From an uncultured Coriobacteriaceae bacterium (GTDB taxonomy: Bacteria; Actinomycetota; Coriobacteriia; Coriobacteriales; Coriobacteriaceae): 64,000 nucleotides of DNA. Shown piece by piece: positions 50,593 through 58,256 of this stretch (positions are counted from its first letter, which is position 1; every line of letters begins with the position of its first letter). The translations under genes and the position numbers were made by a program. Below the pieces are notes generated by a model, which saw only the letters and a list, made by a program, of their open reading frames with translations, had not been told where the DNA came from and made no database searches. The stretch is taken from the NCBI GenBank assembly GCA_944321435.1, contig CALULH010000001.1, positions 252,452 through 316,451 of the forward strand. Reading direction: 5' to 3'.

Positions 50593-51926
50593 CCCGCATC
50601 ACCCCGCACGAGCTGGCGGGAACGGTTCCCGCCATCGCCTCCAAGTCGATGGCGCACCGCCTCATCATCTGCGCCGCCCTGGCCGACGGGCCCACCTACG
50701 TGCGCTGCAACTCGACCTGCGCCGACATCGACGCCACGGTCCGCTGCCTGAACGCCCTGGGAGCGCACGTCGAGACCGCGCAGGACGGCTTCGCCGTCTA
50801 CCCCGTGCCGCGCGAGGAGCGCCTTGCCGGCCCGGCCTTCGCCCCGCGCAGGGACGCGCTCCTGGACTGCGGCGAATCGGGCTCGACGCTGCGCTTCATG
50901 CTCCCCGTAGCCGCCGCCCTGGGCGCCGACGCCGTCTTCACGGGTGCGGGCCGGCTGGCCGAGCGCCCGCTGGGCCCGCTCGCGCGCGAGCTCTTCATCG
51001 GCGGCTGCACGCTCACGCCCGAGGGCCAATGGCCGCTCGGCTGCCGCGGGCAGCTGCGGCCGGGCCGTTTCGAGTTGCCGGGCAACGTGAGCTCGCAGTA
51101 CGTGAGCGGCATCATGCTGGCCGCCCCCGCCCTGGGCAGCACCACGCAGATCGTGGTGCGCGGGCACATCGAGAGCCGCCCGTACATCGACCTCACCGTG
51201 CGCGCGCTCGCCGCCTTCGGCGTGGCCGTCGACGAGAGGCGCCATCCGGCAACGCCCGTGTCGGTCGAGGAGACGATCTTCACCATCCACGGCGGCGCCT
51301 GCGCCTCGCCCGGCACCGTGAACGTGGAGGGCGACTGGTCCAACGCCGCCTTCTGGCTCTGCGCCGGCGCGCTGGGAACCAAGCCCGTGGCGGTTTCCGG
51401 ACTGGATCTGAACTCGCCGCAGGGCGACCGTGCCATCATGGGGGCACTGCTGCGCTTCGGTGCCCGCACCCGCCGCGGCGGCGGCGAGGCGCGCGTGCAT
51501 CCCAACAAGCTCGTGGGCTACACGCTCTCGGCCGCCGACATCCCGGACCTCGTGCCCGTCATCGCCGCCGTGGCCTCCGTGGCGCAGGGCGAGACGCGCA
51601 TCACCGACTGCGCGCGCCTGCGCATCAAGGAGTCCGACCGTCTGACCACTACCGCCGAGGTGCTGAACGCGCTGGGCGCGCAGGTGCGCGTGGACGGCGA
51701 CGACCTAGTAATCCAGGGCGTGGAGCGCCTTGCCGGCGGCACGGTGAACTCGCACAACGACCACCGCATCGCCATGATGGCCGCGATTGCCGCGGTGCGC
51801 GCCGAGGGTCCCGTGATGATCGAGGGCGCCGAGGCCGTGGCCAAATCCTACCCCGGCTTCTTCACCGACTACCGCCTCTTGGGCGGCACCGTGGACCTGA
51901 CCGAGTCCGCCGACTTCATCGCGTAA
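50586..51926 (+). CDS. aroA: 3-phosphoshikimate 1-carboxyvinyltransferase (EPSP synthase)
   Basis: PAIASKSMAHRLIICAAL, CGESGSTLRF, NSHNDHRIAMM motifs. Confidence 0.93.
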   Translation: MLARITPHELAGTVPAIASKSMAHRLIICAALADGPTYVRCNSTCADIDATVRCLNALGAHVETAQDGFAVYPVPREERLAGPAFAPRRDALLDCGESGSTLRFMLPVAAALGADAVFTGAGRLAERPLGPLARELFIGGCTLTPEGQWPLGCRGQLRPGRFELPGNVSSQYVSGIMLAAPALGSTTQIVVRGHIESRPYIDLTVRALAAFGVAVDERRHPATPVSVEETIFTIHGGACASPGTVNVEGDWSNAAFWLCAGALGTKPVAVSGLDLNSPQGDRAIMGALLRFGARTRRGGGEARVHPNKLVGYTLSAADIPDLVPVIAAVASVAQGETRITDCARLRIKESDRLTTTAEVLNALGAQVRVDGDDLVIQGVERLAGGTVNSHNDHRIAMMAAIAAVRAEGPVMIEGAEAVAKSYPGFFTDYRLLGGTVDLTESADFIA

Positions 51927-51934
51927 GGAGACCC

Positions 51935-53101
51935 ATGTCCTCAACCTTCGGCACCGCCGTGCGCCTGAGCATCTTCGGCGAGTCCCACTCCGCCGCCATC
52001 GGCTGCGCGGTGGACGGCCTGCCCGCAGGCATCGCCGTCGATGTCGCGCGCTTGCAGGCCTTCCTCGACCGCCGCGCCCCCGGCCGCGACGCCACGGCGA
52101 CCGCACGCCGCGAGGCCGACGCCCCGCGCTTCCTCTCCGGCATCGTGAACGGCCGCACCACCGGCACGCCGCTCGCCGCGGTGATCGAGAACGCCAACAC
52201 CCGCAGCTCAGACTACGACGAGCTGCGCCGCATACCGCGCCCGGGCCACGCCGACTTCCCCGCCCAGGTTCGCTACCGCGGCTACCAGGACGTGGCCGGC
52301 GGCGGGCACTTCTCGGGACGGCTCACCGCCCCCTTATGCGTGGCGGGCGGCATCGCCCTGCAGGCGCTCGAGGCCGCAGGCGTCACCGTGGTGGCGCACA
52401 TCGCCGAACTGGGACCCGAGCGCATAGCCGACGAGCCGCTCGACCCGCTGTCCATCGACGCCGCGCAGCAGCGCTCCATCCTCGCCCACAGCCTCCCCTG
52501 CGTGAGCGCGCAAGCCGCCGACGCCATGCGCGCCCGCATCATGGCGGCCAAGAACGACCTCGACAGCGTGGGCGGCATCATCGAATGCGCGGCGTACGGG
52601 CTTCCCGCCGGCATCGGCGACCCCATGTTCGACGGGATCGAAAACCGCATCGCGCAGATCGCCTTCGGCATCCCCGCCGTGAAGGGCGTGGAGTTCGGCG
52701 CGGGCTTCGGAGCCGCCCGCCTCACCGGCAGCCGGAACAACGACGCCTTCCGCATGGAGGACGGCCGCGTGCGCCCGCAGGCCAACCACGCCGGCGGCAT
52801 ACTCGGCGGCATCACCGACGGCATGCCCGTCATCTGGCGCATGGCCGTGAAGCCCACGCCCTCCATCGGCCGCGCGCAGCAGAGCGTCGACCTGGCTGCC
52901 GGCGCGAACGCCGAGCTCAAAGTCCGCGGCCGCCATGACCCCTGCATCGTTCCGCGCGCCGTGCCCGTAGCCGAGGCCGCCTGCGCCTTCGCCCTGCTCG
53001 ACGCCCTCGTAGAGGCAGGAGCCTACCCCGCCGCCCCACCCGCCGACGCCGCCGCCGCAACGGCACTTAAGTCTGCGCGGTTTGGCGGGGCCGGGCATTA
53101 G
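51935..53101 (+). CDS. aroC: chorismate synthase
   Basis: FGESHSAAIGCAVDGLPAG, RPGHADF, GGISNG-like GGILGGITDGMP, RHDPCIVPRAVPVAEA motifs. ATG at 51935 behind AAGGAG. Confidence 0.93.
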   Translation: MSSTFGTAVRLSIFGESHSAAIGCAVDGLPAGIAVDVARLQAFLDRRAPGRDATATARREADAPRFLSGIVNGRTTGTPLAAVIENANTRSSDYDELRRIPRPGHADFPAQVRYRGYQDVAGGGHFSGRLTAPLCVAGGIALQALEAAGVTVVAHIAELGPERIADEPLDPLSIDAAQQRSILAHSLPCVSAQAADAMRARIMAAKNDLDSVGGIIECAAYGLPAGIGDPMFDGIENRIAQIAFGIPAVKGVEFGAGFGAARLTGSRNNDAFRMEDGRVRPQANHAGGILGGITDGMPVIWRMAVKPTPSIGRAQQSVDLAAGANAELKVRGRHDPCIVPRAVPVAEAACAFALLDALVEAGAYPAAPPADAAAATALKSARFGGAGH

Positions 53102-53110
53102 CGGGCGGGT

Positions 53111-53206
53111 GGCCCTCCTGCTGTTCCATCGCGCTGATGGCCGCATAACCTACGTGGTTGACGCTTGGATCTGATGCGATCAGCGCGATAGAACAGCAGG
53201 AGGGCC
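53111..53206. repeat. long hairpin element P1 (28-bp arms, 27/28 paired, 40-nt loop)
   Basis: ggccctcctgctgttccatcgcgctgat ... atcagcgcgatagaacagcaggagggcc, starting 10 nt after the aroC stop. Confidence 0.9.
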
Positions 53207-53250
53207 CTCGGGATCGCATGAGACTGCACTTGTCGCCCGGCGGCTCAGAG

Positions 53251-53346
53251 GGGCCGTCCTCCGTGCTATCGGGCCGATCGCGTCAAAAGCACGCGCGGAG
53301 CATGAGCCTTGCGCGGCCATCGGCCTGATAGCACGGAGGACGGCCC
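53251..53346. repeat. long hairpin element P2 (arms of about 28 bp, 27/28 paired), related to P1 and to family 1
   Basis: gggccgtcctccgtgctatcgggccgat ... atcggcctgatagcacggaggacggccc. Shares the core tgctatcgg-N-gcgat with the 23755-23772 arm. Confidence 0.9.
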
Positions 53347-53397
53347 GCCCCAGCGCACGTACCGGTACTTCTCGCCTATATATCAGAAAGGAACCCT

Positions 53398-54543
53398 ATG
53401 GAGCTCTCAGAGATACGCACCCGCATCGATGCGGTGGACGACGAGCTGGTCCGGCTCTTTACGGAGCGCATGGATCTGGCCGCAGAGGTGGCGGCGTCCA
53501 AGCGCGGGACGGGCAAGCCCGTCTACGATGCGCAGCGCGAGCGCGAGAAGCTGGCCGATATCGCCGGCAAGGTGCCGGGGCGCTTCTCCGCGCAGGCGGT
53601 GTCGCTGTTCTCGCTCATCATGAGCATCAGCAAGGCCGAGCAGCTCTCCATCTTGGCCGGCGACCGCACCGACGCGCGCTCCAAGCAGGCACGCGCCGCC
53701 CTCCAGCCGCTTGACGAGCCCTTCCCCGAGGTCGCCGACGTAGCCTGCCAGGGCGTGGAGGGCGCCTACAGCCAGATCGCCGCCACGCGCCTGTTCCGCG
53801 TGCCGCGCATCCAGTTCTTCAACACGTTCGAGGGCGTGTTCCGCGCCGTGCGCGAGGGCCTGTGCGCCTACGGCGTGCTGCCCATCGAGAACTCGACCGC
53901 CGGCTCGGTCAACCGCGTCTACGACCTTATGGCCGAGTACCGCTTCAACATCGCGCGGTCCCTGCGGCTCAAGATCAACCACGACCTCTTGGCGCCGCGC
54001 GGCGTGGGGATCGGCGACATCCGCGAGGTCTACTCCCATGAGCAGGCGCTCGCGCAGTGCCAGCATTACCTCGACAAGCTCGGCGTGAAGGTGCACGTGG
54101 TGGAGAACACCGCCAAGGCGGCCGCCATGATCGCCGGGTCCGACCGCCGCGACGTGGCCGCCATCTCGAGCCGCGACTGCGCGCGCCTCTACGGACTGGA
54201 CGTGCTCGACGAGAGCGTGCAGGACTCCGACAGCAACTACACGCGCTTCGTGGTGGTCTCGGCCGAGCCCAAGATCTTCCCCGGTGCCACGCGCACCTCG
54301 CTCATGCTCACCACCGGCCACGAGCCCGGATCGCTCTACCGCGTGCTGGAGCGTTTCTACGCCTTCGGCGTGAACATCGTCAAATTGGAGAGCCGCCCCA
54401 TCCCCGGGCGCGACTTCGAGTACCTGTTCTACTTCGACTTGGAGTGCGCCGCCGCGGGCGAGAAGTTCAGCCAGCTCCTGGACGCGCTGGACGACGTCTG
54501 CGACACCGTGACCTACTTCGGCAGCTACGCCGAGGTGGTGTAA
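53398..54543 (+). CDS. pheA: bifunctional chorismate mutase / prephenate dehydratase (P-protein) with a C-terminal ACT domain
   Basis: N-terminal CM domain (IRTRIDAVDDELVRLFTERMDLAAEV), PDT domain (GVEGAYSQIA...IENSTAGSV), ACT domain (ESRPIPGRDFEYLFYFD). Confidence 0.92.
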   Translation: MELSEIRTRIDAVDDELVRLFTERMDLAAEVAASKRGTGKPVYDAQREREKLADIAGKVPGRFSAQAVSLFSLIMSISKAEQLSILAGDRTDARSKQARAALQPLDEPFPEVADVACQGVEGAYSQIAATRLFRVPRIQFFNTFEGVFRAVREGLCAYGVLPIENSTAGSVNRVYDLMAEYRFNIARSLRLKINHDLLAPRGVGIGDIREVYSHEQALAQCQHYLDKLGVKVHVVENTAKAAAMIAGSDRRDVAAISSRDCARLYGLDVLDESVQDSDSNYTRFVVVSAEPKIFPGATRTSLMLTTGHEPGSLYRVLERFYAFGVNIVKLESRPIPGRDFEYLFYFDLECAAAGEKFSQLLDALDDVCDTVTYFGSYAEVV

Positions 54544-54572
54544 GCCGGGCCGGGCCGTTCCGTCCGGTCCGA

Positions 54573-54679
54573 GGGCGGGGTATATCATCCCGTGCTCAAA
54601 CAGCTTCGCCGCGACGGAGATGCCGGAAACGGCATCTCCTGCGGCTGCAGAACTGCGCGCGGGACGATATACCCGCCCC
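54573..54679. repeat. hairpin element family 2, copy 2a (arms gggcggggtatatcatcccg / cgggacgatatacccgcccc; inner perfect hairpin 54616-54639)
   Basis: Read directly from the sequence. Homologous to the reverse complement of 54821-54908, with an extra insert of about 30 nt (ggagatgcc-ggaaac-ggcatctcc). Confidence 0.85.
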
Positions 54680-54723
54680 CCTCGCCTACAGCCCCATTCT
54701 TGCGTGGACGTTTCAACTCGTTG

Positions 54724-54787
54724 AATCGCGCCGATCGCTGCATTTTTCGAGCTGAAGCGGGCGTAAAGTAGCGCTATCGGTGCGATT
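54724..54787. repeat. hairpin element family 1, copy 1c
   Basis: aatcgcgccgatcgct ... agcgctatcggtgcgatt. The right arm and its flank (gctatcggtgcgattat) are identical over 17 nt to copy 1b. Confidence 0.8.
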
Positions 54788-54820
54788 ATGCGAGAAGCAC
54801 CTTTCGCATGGATGAACGCA

Positions 54821-54908
54821 GGTGCCGACCGGGGTATATCGTTCCGCGCGCAGTTTCGCAGCGAAGCGAGAATGTTTGAGCACGGAATGATATACCCCGG
54901 TCGGCACC
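54821..54908. repeat. hairpin element family 2, copy 2b (26-bp arms, 25/26 paired), inverted relative to 2a
   Basis: ggtgccgaccggggtatatcgttccg ... cggaatgatataccccggtcggcacc. The loop contains the reverse complement of the 2a tgctcaaaca...cttcgc segment. Confidence 0.9.
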
Positions 54909-54970
54909 GGACAGCTCAAATGCAACAAGCGGGTCTGCGCCCACTTTGAACGGTACGAAAGGATCCCCCT

Positions 54971-56332
54971 ATGCCCCAGGTTTTGGAAACTCCCTCGGCG
55001 CCGGTTGCCGACGCGGTGGCCGGGCGCCCGTACGGCGTGCTGGGCGAGAAGCTCGGCCACAGCTACACGCCCATCATCTATCGCGAGCTGGCGGGGCTGG
55101 ACTACCGCCGCTTCGAGCGCGCGCCCGAGGACGTGGAGGCCTTTGTGTGCGGCGACGCGTGGGAGGGTTTCAACGCCACCATCCCCTACAAGCGCACCGT
55201 GGTGCCGTACCTGGACGAGATCGCACCCGAGGCTGCGCGACTGGGCAACGTCAACACCGTGACGCGGCTTTCCAACGGGCGCCTGCGCGGAGACAACACG
55301 GACTACTTCGGGTTCAAGTGCCTCGTTGAGTCCTGCGGCGCGGAGCTCGCGGGCGGCAAGGCGCTCGTGCTGGGCGGCGACGGCGGTGCCGGCACCACCT
55401 GCATGACCGTGCTCGCCGACCTGGGCTTTGAGCCGGTGAGCGTCTCACGCGATCCCGAGGCCGCCCGCGCGACGCGTTCGGAGGGACCGGACACCCCGGC
55501 CGCGCACATGCCCGTCATCGGCTACGGCGACCTGACAGACCATGCGGATGCCGTCCTGCTCGTCAACTGCACGCCGGTGGGCATGTTCCCACGCTGCCCC
55601 GCCTCCCCGCTCACCGACGAGCGCTTCGACCTGCTCGCCGGAGGCGGCCTCAAGGCCGTGGTGGACATCGTCTACAACCCGGCGCGCACCGGCCTCATGC
55701 TGCAGGCCGAGCAGCGCGGTATCCCCTGCGCCGGCGGCCTGCTCATGCTCGTGGCGCAAGCGGCCGAAGCTGTCCGGCACTACACCGGCGCGCTTATCGC
55801 CCCGGAGCGCATCGCCGACCTCACGGCGCATCTGTCCTTCTCCGAGCAGAACATCGCCCTCATCGGCATGCCGGGCTGCGGCAAGACCCGCGTGGGCGAG
55901 CAGCTGGCCGCGCTCACCAGCCGCGAGCACGTGGACATCGACCATGAGCTGGAGCGCCGCCTGGGCGAGTCCTGCCAAACCTTCATCGAGCGCGAAGGCG
56001 AACCCGCCTTCCGCGCGCAGGAGACCGCCGTGCTCTCCGAGGTGGCCGCCCGCTCCGGCCAGGTGATCTCGTGCGGCGGCGGCGTGGTGACCATGCCCGA
56101 GAACCGCGATCTTCTGCGCCAGAACAGCCTCACCGTCATGCTCGACCGCAAGCTCGACGAGCTGCCCGTGCGCGGCCGCCCCGTCTCCCAGCGCGACGGC
56201 GTTGCCCTTCTCGCCCAGAAGCGCATGCCGCTCTACCGCAGCTGGGCCGACCTCGTCGTGGCCTCGCGCGAGAACCCGCGCGCCACGGCCCGCGCCGTCA
56301 ACGACGCGCTTCCCTACCAGGCCTCGCTCTAA
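54971..56332 (+). CDS. bifunctional shikimate dehydrogenase / shikimate kinase (AroE-AroK fusion)
   Basis: N-terminal AroE motifs (GVLGEKLGHSYTPIIY, NATIPYK, NTDYFGF, GGDGGAG) followed in the same ORF by AroK motifs (IALIGMPGCGKTRVG, CGGGVV). Confidence 0.9.
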   Translation: MPQVLETPSAPVADAVAGRPYGVLGEKLGHSYTPIIYRELAGLDYRRFERAPEDVEAFVCGDAWEGFNATIPYKRTVVPYLDEIAPEAARLGNVNTVTRLSNGRLRGDNTDYFGFKCLVESCGAELAGGKALVLGGDGGAGTTCMTVLADLGFEPVSVSRDPEAARATRSEGPDTPAAHMPVIGYGDLTDHADAVLLVNCTPVGMFPRCPASPLTDERFDLLAGGGLKAVVDIVYNPARTGLMLQAEQRGIPCAGGLLMLVAQAAEAVRHYTGALIAPERIADLTAHLSFSEQNIALIGMPGCGKTRVGEQLAALTSREHVDIDHELERRLGESCQTFIEREGEPAFRAQETAVLSEVAARSGQVISCGGGVVTMPENRDLLRQNSLTVMLDRKLDELPVRGRPVSQRDGVALLAQKRMPLYRSWADLVVASRENPRATARAVNDALPYQASL

Positions 56333-56353
56333 CGTCCCATGAAAGGAACTCCT

Positions 56354-56791
56354 ATGAACGCCCTCGTCATCAACGGACCCAACCTCAACCTGCTCGGCAT
56401 CCGCGAGCCGGACATCTACGGTAGCCAGAACTACGCCACACTGGAGCGCATCTGCCAGGAGGCGGGCGCGCAGCTGGGCTTCGAGCAGGTGGAGGTCTTT
56501 CAGTCCAACCACGAGGGCGTCATCATCGACAAGATCCAGGAGGCCATGGGCTCCTTCGACGGCATCGTGATCAACCCGGCCGCCTACACGCACACGAGCG
56601 TCGGCATTCTGGACGCGCTCAAGGCCGTGCAGATCCCGGCCGTGGAGATCCACATCTCCGACGTCGACGCCCGCGAGAGCTTCCGCCAGGTGTCCTACGC
56701 CGGCATGGCCTGCTTTGCCCGCGTAACCGGCGAGGGCCTCGACGGTTACGCCCACGCCCTCCAGCTCCTGAAAGAGCACCTGGAGGCGTAA
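56354..56791 (+). CDS. aroQ: type II 3-dehydroquinate dehydratase
   Basis: MNALVINGPNLNLLGIREPDIYG...QSNHEG...INPAAYTHTS. Start set to the ATG at 56354, 5 nt after GAAAGGAA; the track ORF starts at 56339. Confidence 0.93.
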   Translation: MNALVINGPNLNLLGIREPDIYGSQNYATLERICQEAGAQLGFEQVEVFQSNHEGVIIDKIQEAMGSFDGIVINPAAYTHTSVGILDALKAVQIPAVEIHISDVDARESFRQVSYAGMACFARVTGEGLDGYAHALQLLKEHLEA

Positions 56792-56852
56792 GGCGCCACC
56801 TCGCGCCCGGACTTTCACACGCTGTCGATCACGTTCCGCTTGTACCGCTCTG

Positions 56853-56955
56853 CCAAAACGTTGCATGCAATCTCGTTCGCGAGGCGACTGAAAACGGCCT
56901 CTAGGCGAATCAAAATGCATGCAACGTGCGTTGGCGAACAGAAATGCATGCAAAA
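56853..56955. repeat. TGCATGCA-box element, copy B (three perfect boxes)
   Basis: TGCATGCA at 56862, 56916 and 56945. Inverted repeat acgttgcatgcaat / aatgcatgcaacgt. Homologous in reverse orientation to 46911-47027. Confidence 0.75.
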
Positions 56956-56982
56956 AGAAGCGGCGCAAGGAAGATGCGCCGC
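56952..56982 (-). terminator. intrinsic terminator downstream of argF
   Basis: Minus-strand RNA reads GCGGCGC-AUCUUCCUU-GCGCCGC-UUCUUUUU. Confidence 0.6.
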
Positions 56983-56990
56983 AGCAGCCC

Positions 56991-57983
56991 CTACTTCAAC
57001 GTGGCGTACATCACGGCCTTGATGGAGTGCATGCGGTTCTCGGCCTCGTCGAAGACCACGGACTGCTTGCTCTCGAAGACCTCGTCGGTAACCTCCATCT
57101 CCGCGATGCCGAACTTCTCGGCGATCTCGGCGCCCACGGTCGTCTTGGTGTCGTGGAAGCTCGGCAGGCAGTGCATGAAGATGGCGCCCGGCTTGGCGTT
57201 GGCCATGACGGCGGCGTTCACCTGGTACGGGGACAGCAGCTTGATGCGCTCGGCCCAAAGCTCGTCGGGCTCGCCCATGGAGACCCAGATGTCGGTGTAG
57301 ATGACGTCGGCGCCTGCGGTGCCGGCGGCCACGTCCTCCGTGAGCGTCACCGTGCAGCCGTTCTCGGCTGCGATCGCGCGGCAGGTCTCAACCAGGTCCG
57401 CGGAGGGCATCTGCGCGGCCGGACCGCACGCCGTGAAGTTGAGGCCCAGCTTGGCGCAGGCCACCATGAGCGAATTGCCCACGTTGTTGCCCGCATCGCC
57501 CATGAAGGTGAAGTTGAGGCCGGCCAGGCGCCCGAACTTCTCGCGGATGGTCAGCATGTCGGCGATCATCTGCGTGGGGTGGAACTCGGTGGTAAGGCCG
57601 TTCCAGACGGGCACGCCCGCGTACTCAGCCAGCGTCTCCACGATCTTTTGCGCAAAGCCGCGGTACTCTATGCCGTCGTACATGCGCCCCAGCACCCGCG
57701 CCGTGTCCTCGATGGACTCCTTCTTGCCCATCTGCGAGCTGCCGGGGTCCAGGTAGGTCACGCCCATGCCCAGATCCATGCCGGCAACCTCGAAGCTGCA
57801 GCGCGTGCGCGTGGAGGTCTTCTCGAACAGCAGCACGATGTTCTTTCCCTCAAGGTAGCGGTGCGGCGTGCCGGCGCGCTTCAGGCGCTTGAAATCCTCG
57901 GCAAGGTCGATGAGGTAGGTGATCTCCGCCGGGGTGAAGTCCAAGAGCTTGAGAAAGCTCCGGCCCGAGAGGTTGACGCCCAT
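56991..57983 (-). CDS. argF: ornithine carbamoyltransferase (anabolic argF or catabolic arcB not distinguishable)
   Basis: [17 protein letters not shown] and FMHCLPSFH motifs. ATG at 57983 behind AAAGGAG. Confidence 0.9.
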   Translation of the reverse strand: MGVNLSGRSFLKLLDFTPAEITYLIDLAEDFKRLKRAGTPHRYLEGKNIVLLFEKTSTRTRCSFEVAGMDLGMGVTYLDPGSSQMGKKESIEDTARVLGRMYDGIEYRGFAQKIVETLAEYAGVPVWNGLTTEFHPTQMIADMLTIREKFGRLAGLNFTFMGDAGNNVGNSLMVACAKLGLNFTACGPAAQMPSADLVETCRAIAAENGCTVTLTEDVAAGTAGADVIYTDIWVSMGEPDELWAERIKLLSPYQVNAAVMANAKPGAIFMHCLPSFHDTKTTVGAEIAEKFGIAEMEVTDEVFESKQSVVFDEAENRMHSIKAVMYATLK

Positions 57984-58256
57984 GGTGCTCCTTTCGACAA
58001 GCGCGCGGCATGCGCGGTGAATCCTGCGGAAAAGGCTACTGTAGCACGTGCCGGGCGGAGCGCGTCCCGCATCGCACAAACATTGCCAAGCGGTAACGCG
58101 GCGCCTGCGGCCCCCCTCTCCCGCACCCCCGCGGTTTTCAGATCCCTAACATTGCGCACACACTACCTTCGCCTCGGCTCAACTATACTGGTCAGTTGAC
58201 GACATAACGCGCTTCGGCGCTGCAGCGCGCCGGAGCCTAAGGAGGAGCGATCAGCG

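Noticed and set aside
56805-56816. The minus strand contains GAAAGUCCGGGC, the 12-mer of the universally conserved RNase P RNA CR-I region.
   Set aside because: The flanking sequence does not continue the RNase P consensus; there is no GGGCAGGGUGCCAGG-like P4/P5 context and no ACAGAACCCGGCUUA box anywhere nearby. A 350-400 nt RNA starting here would have to run antisense through aroQ. Treated as coincidence.
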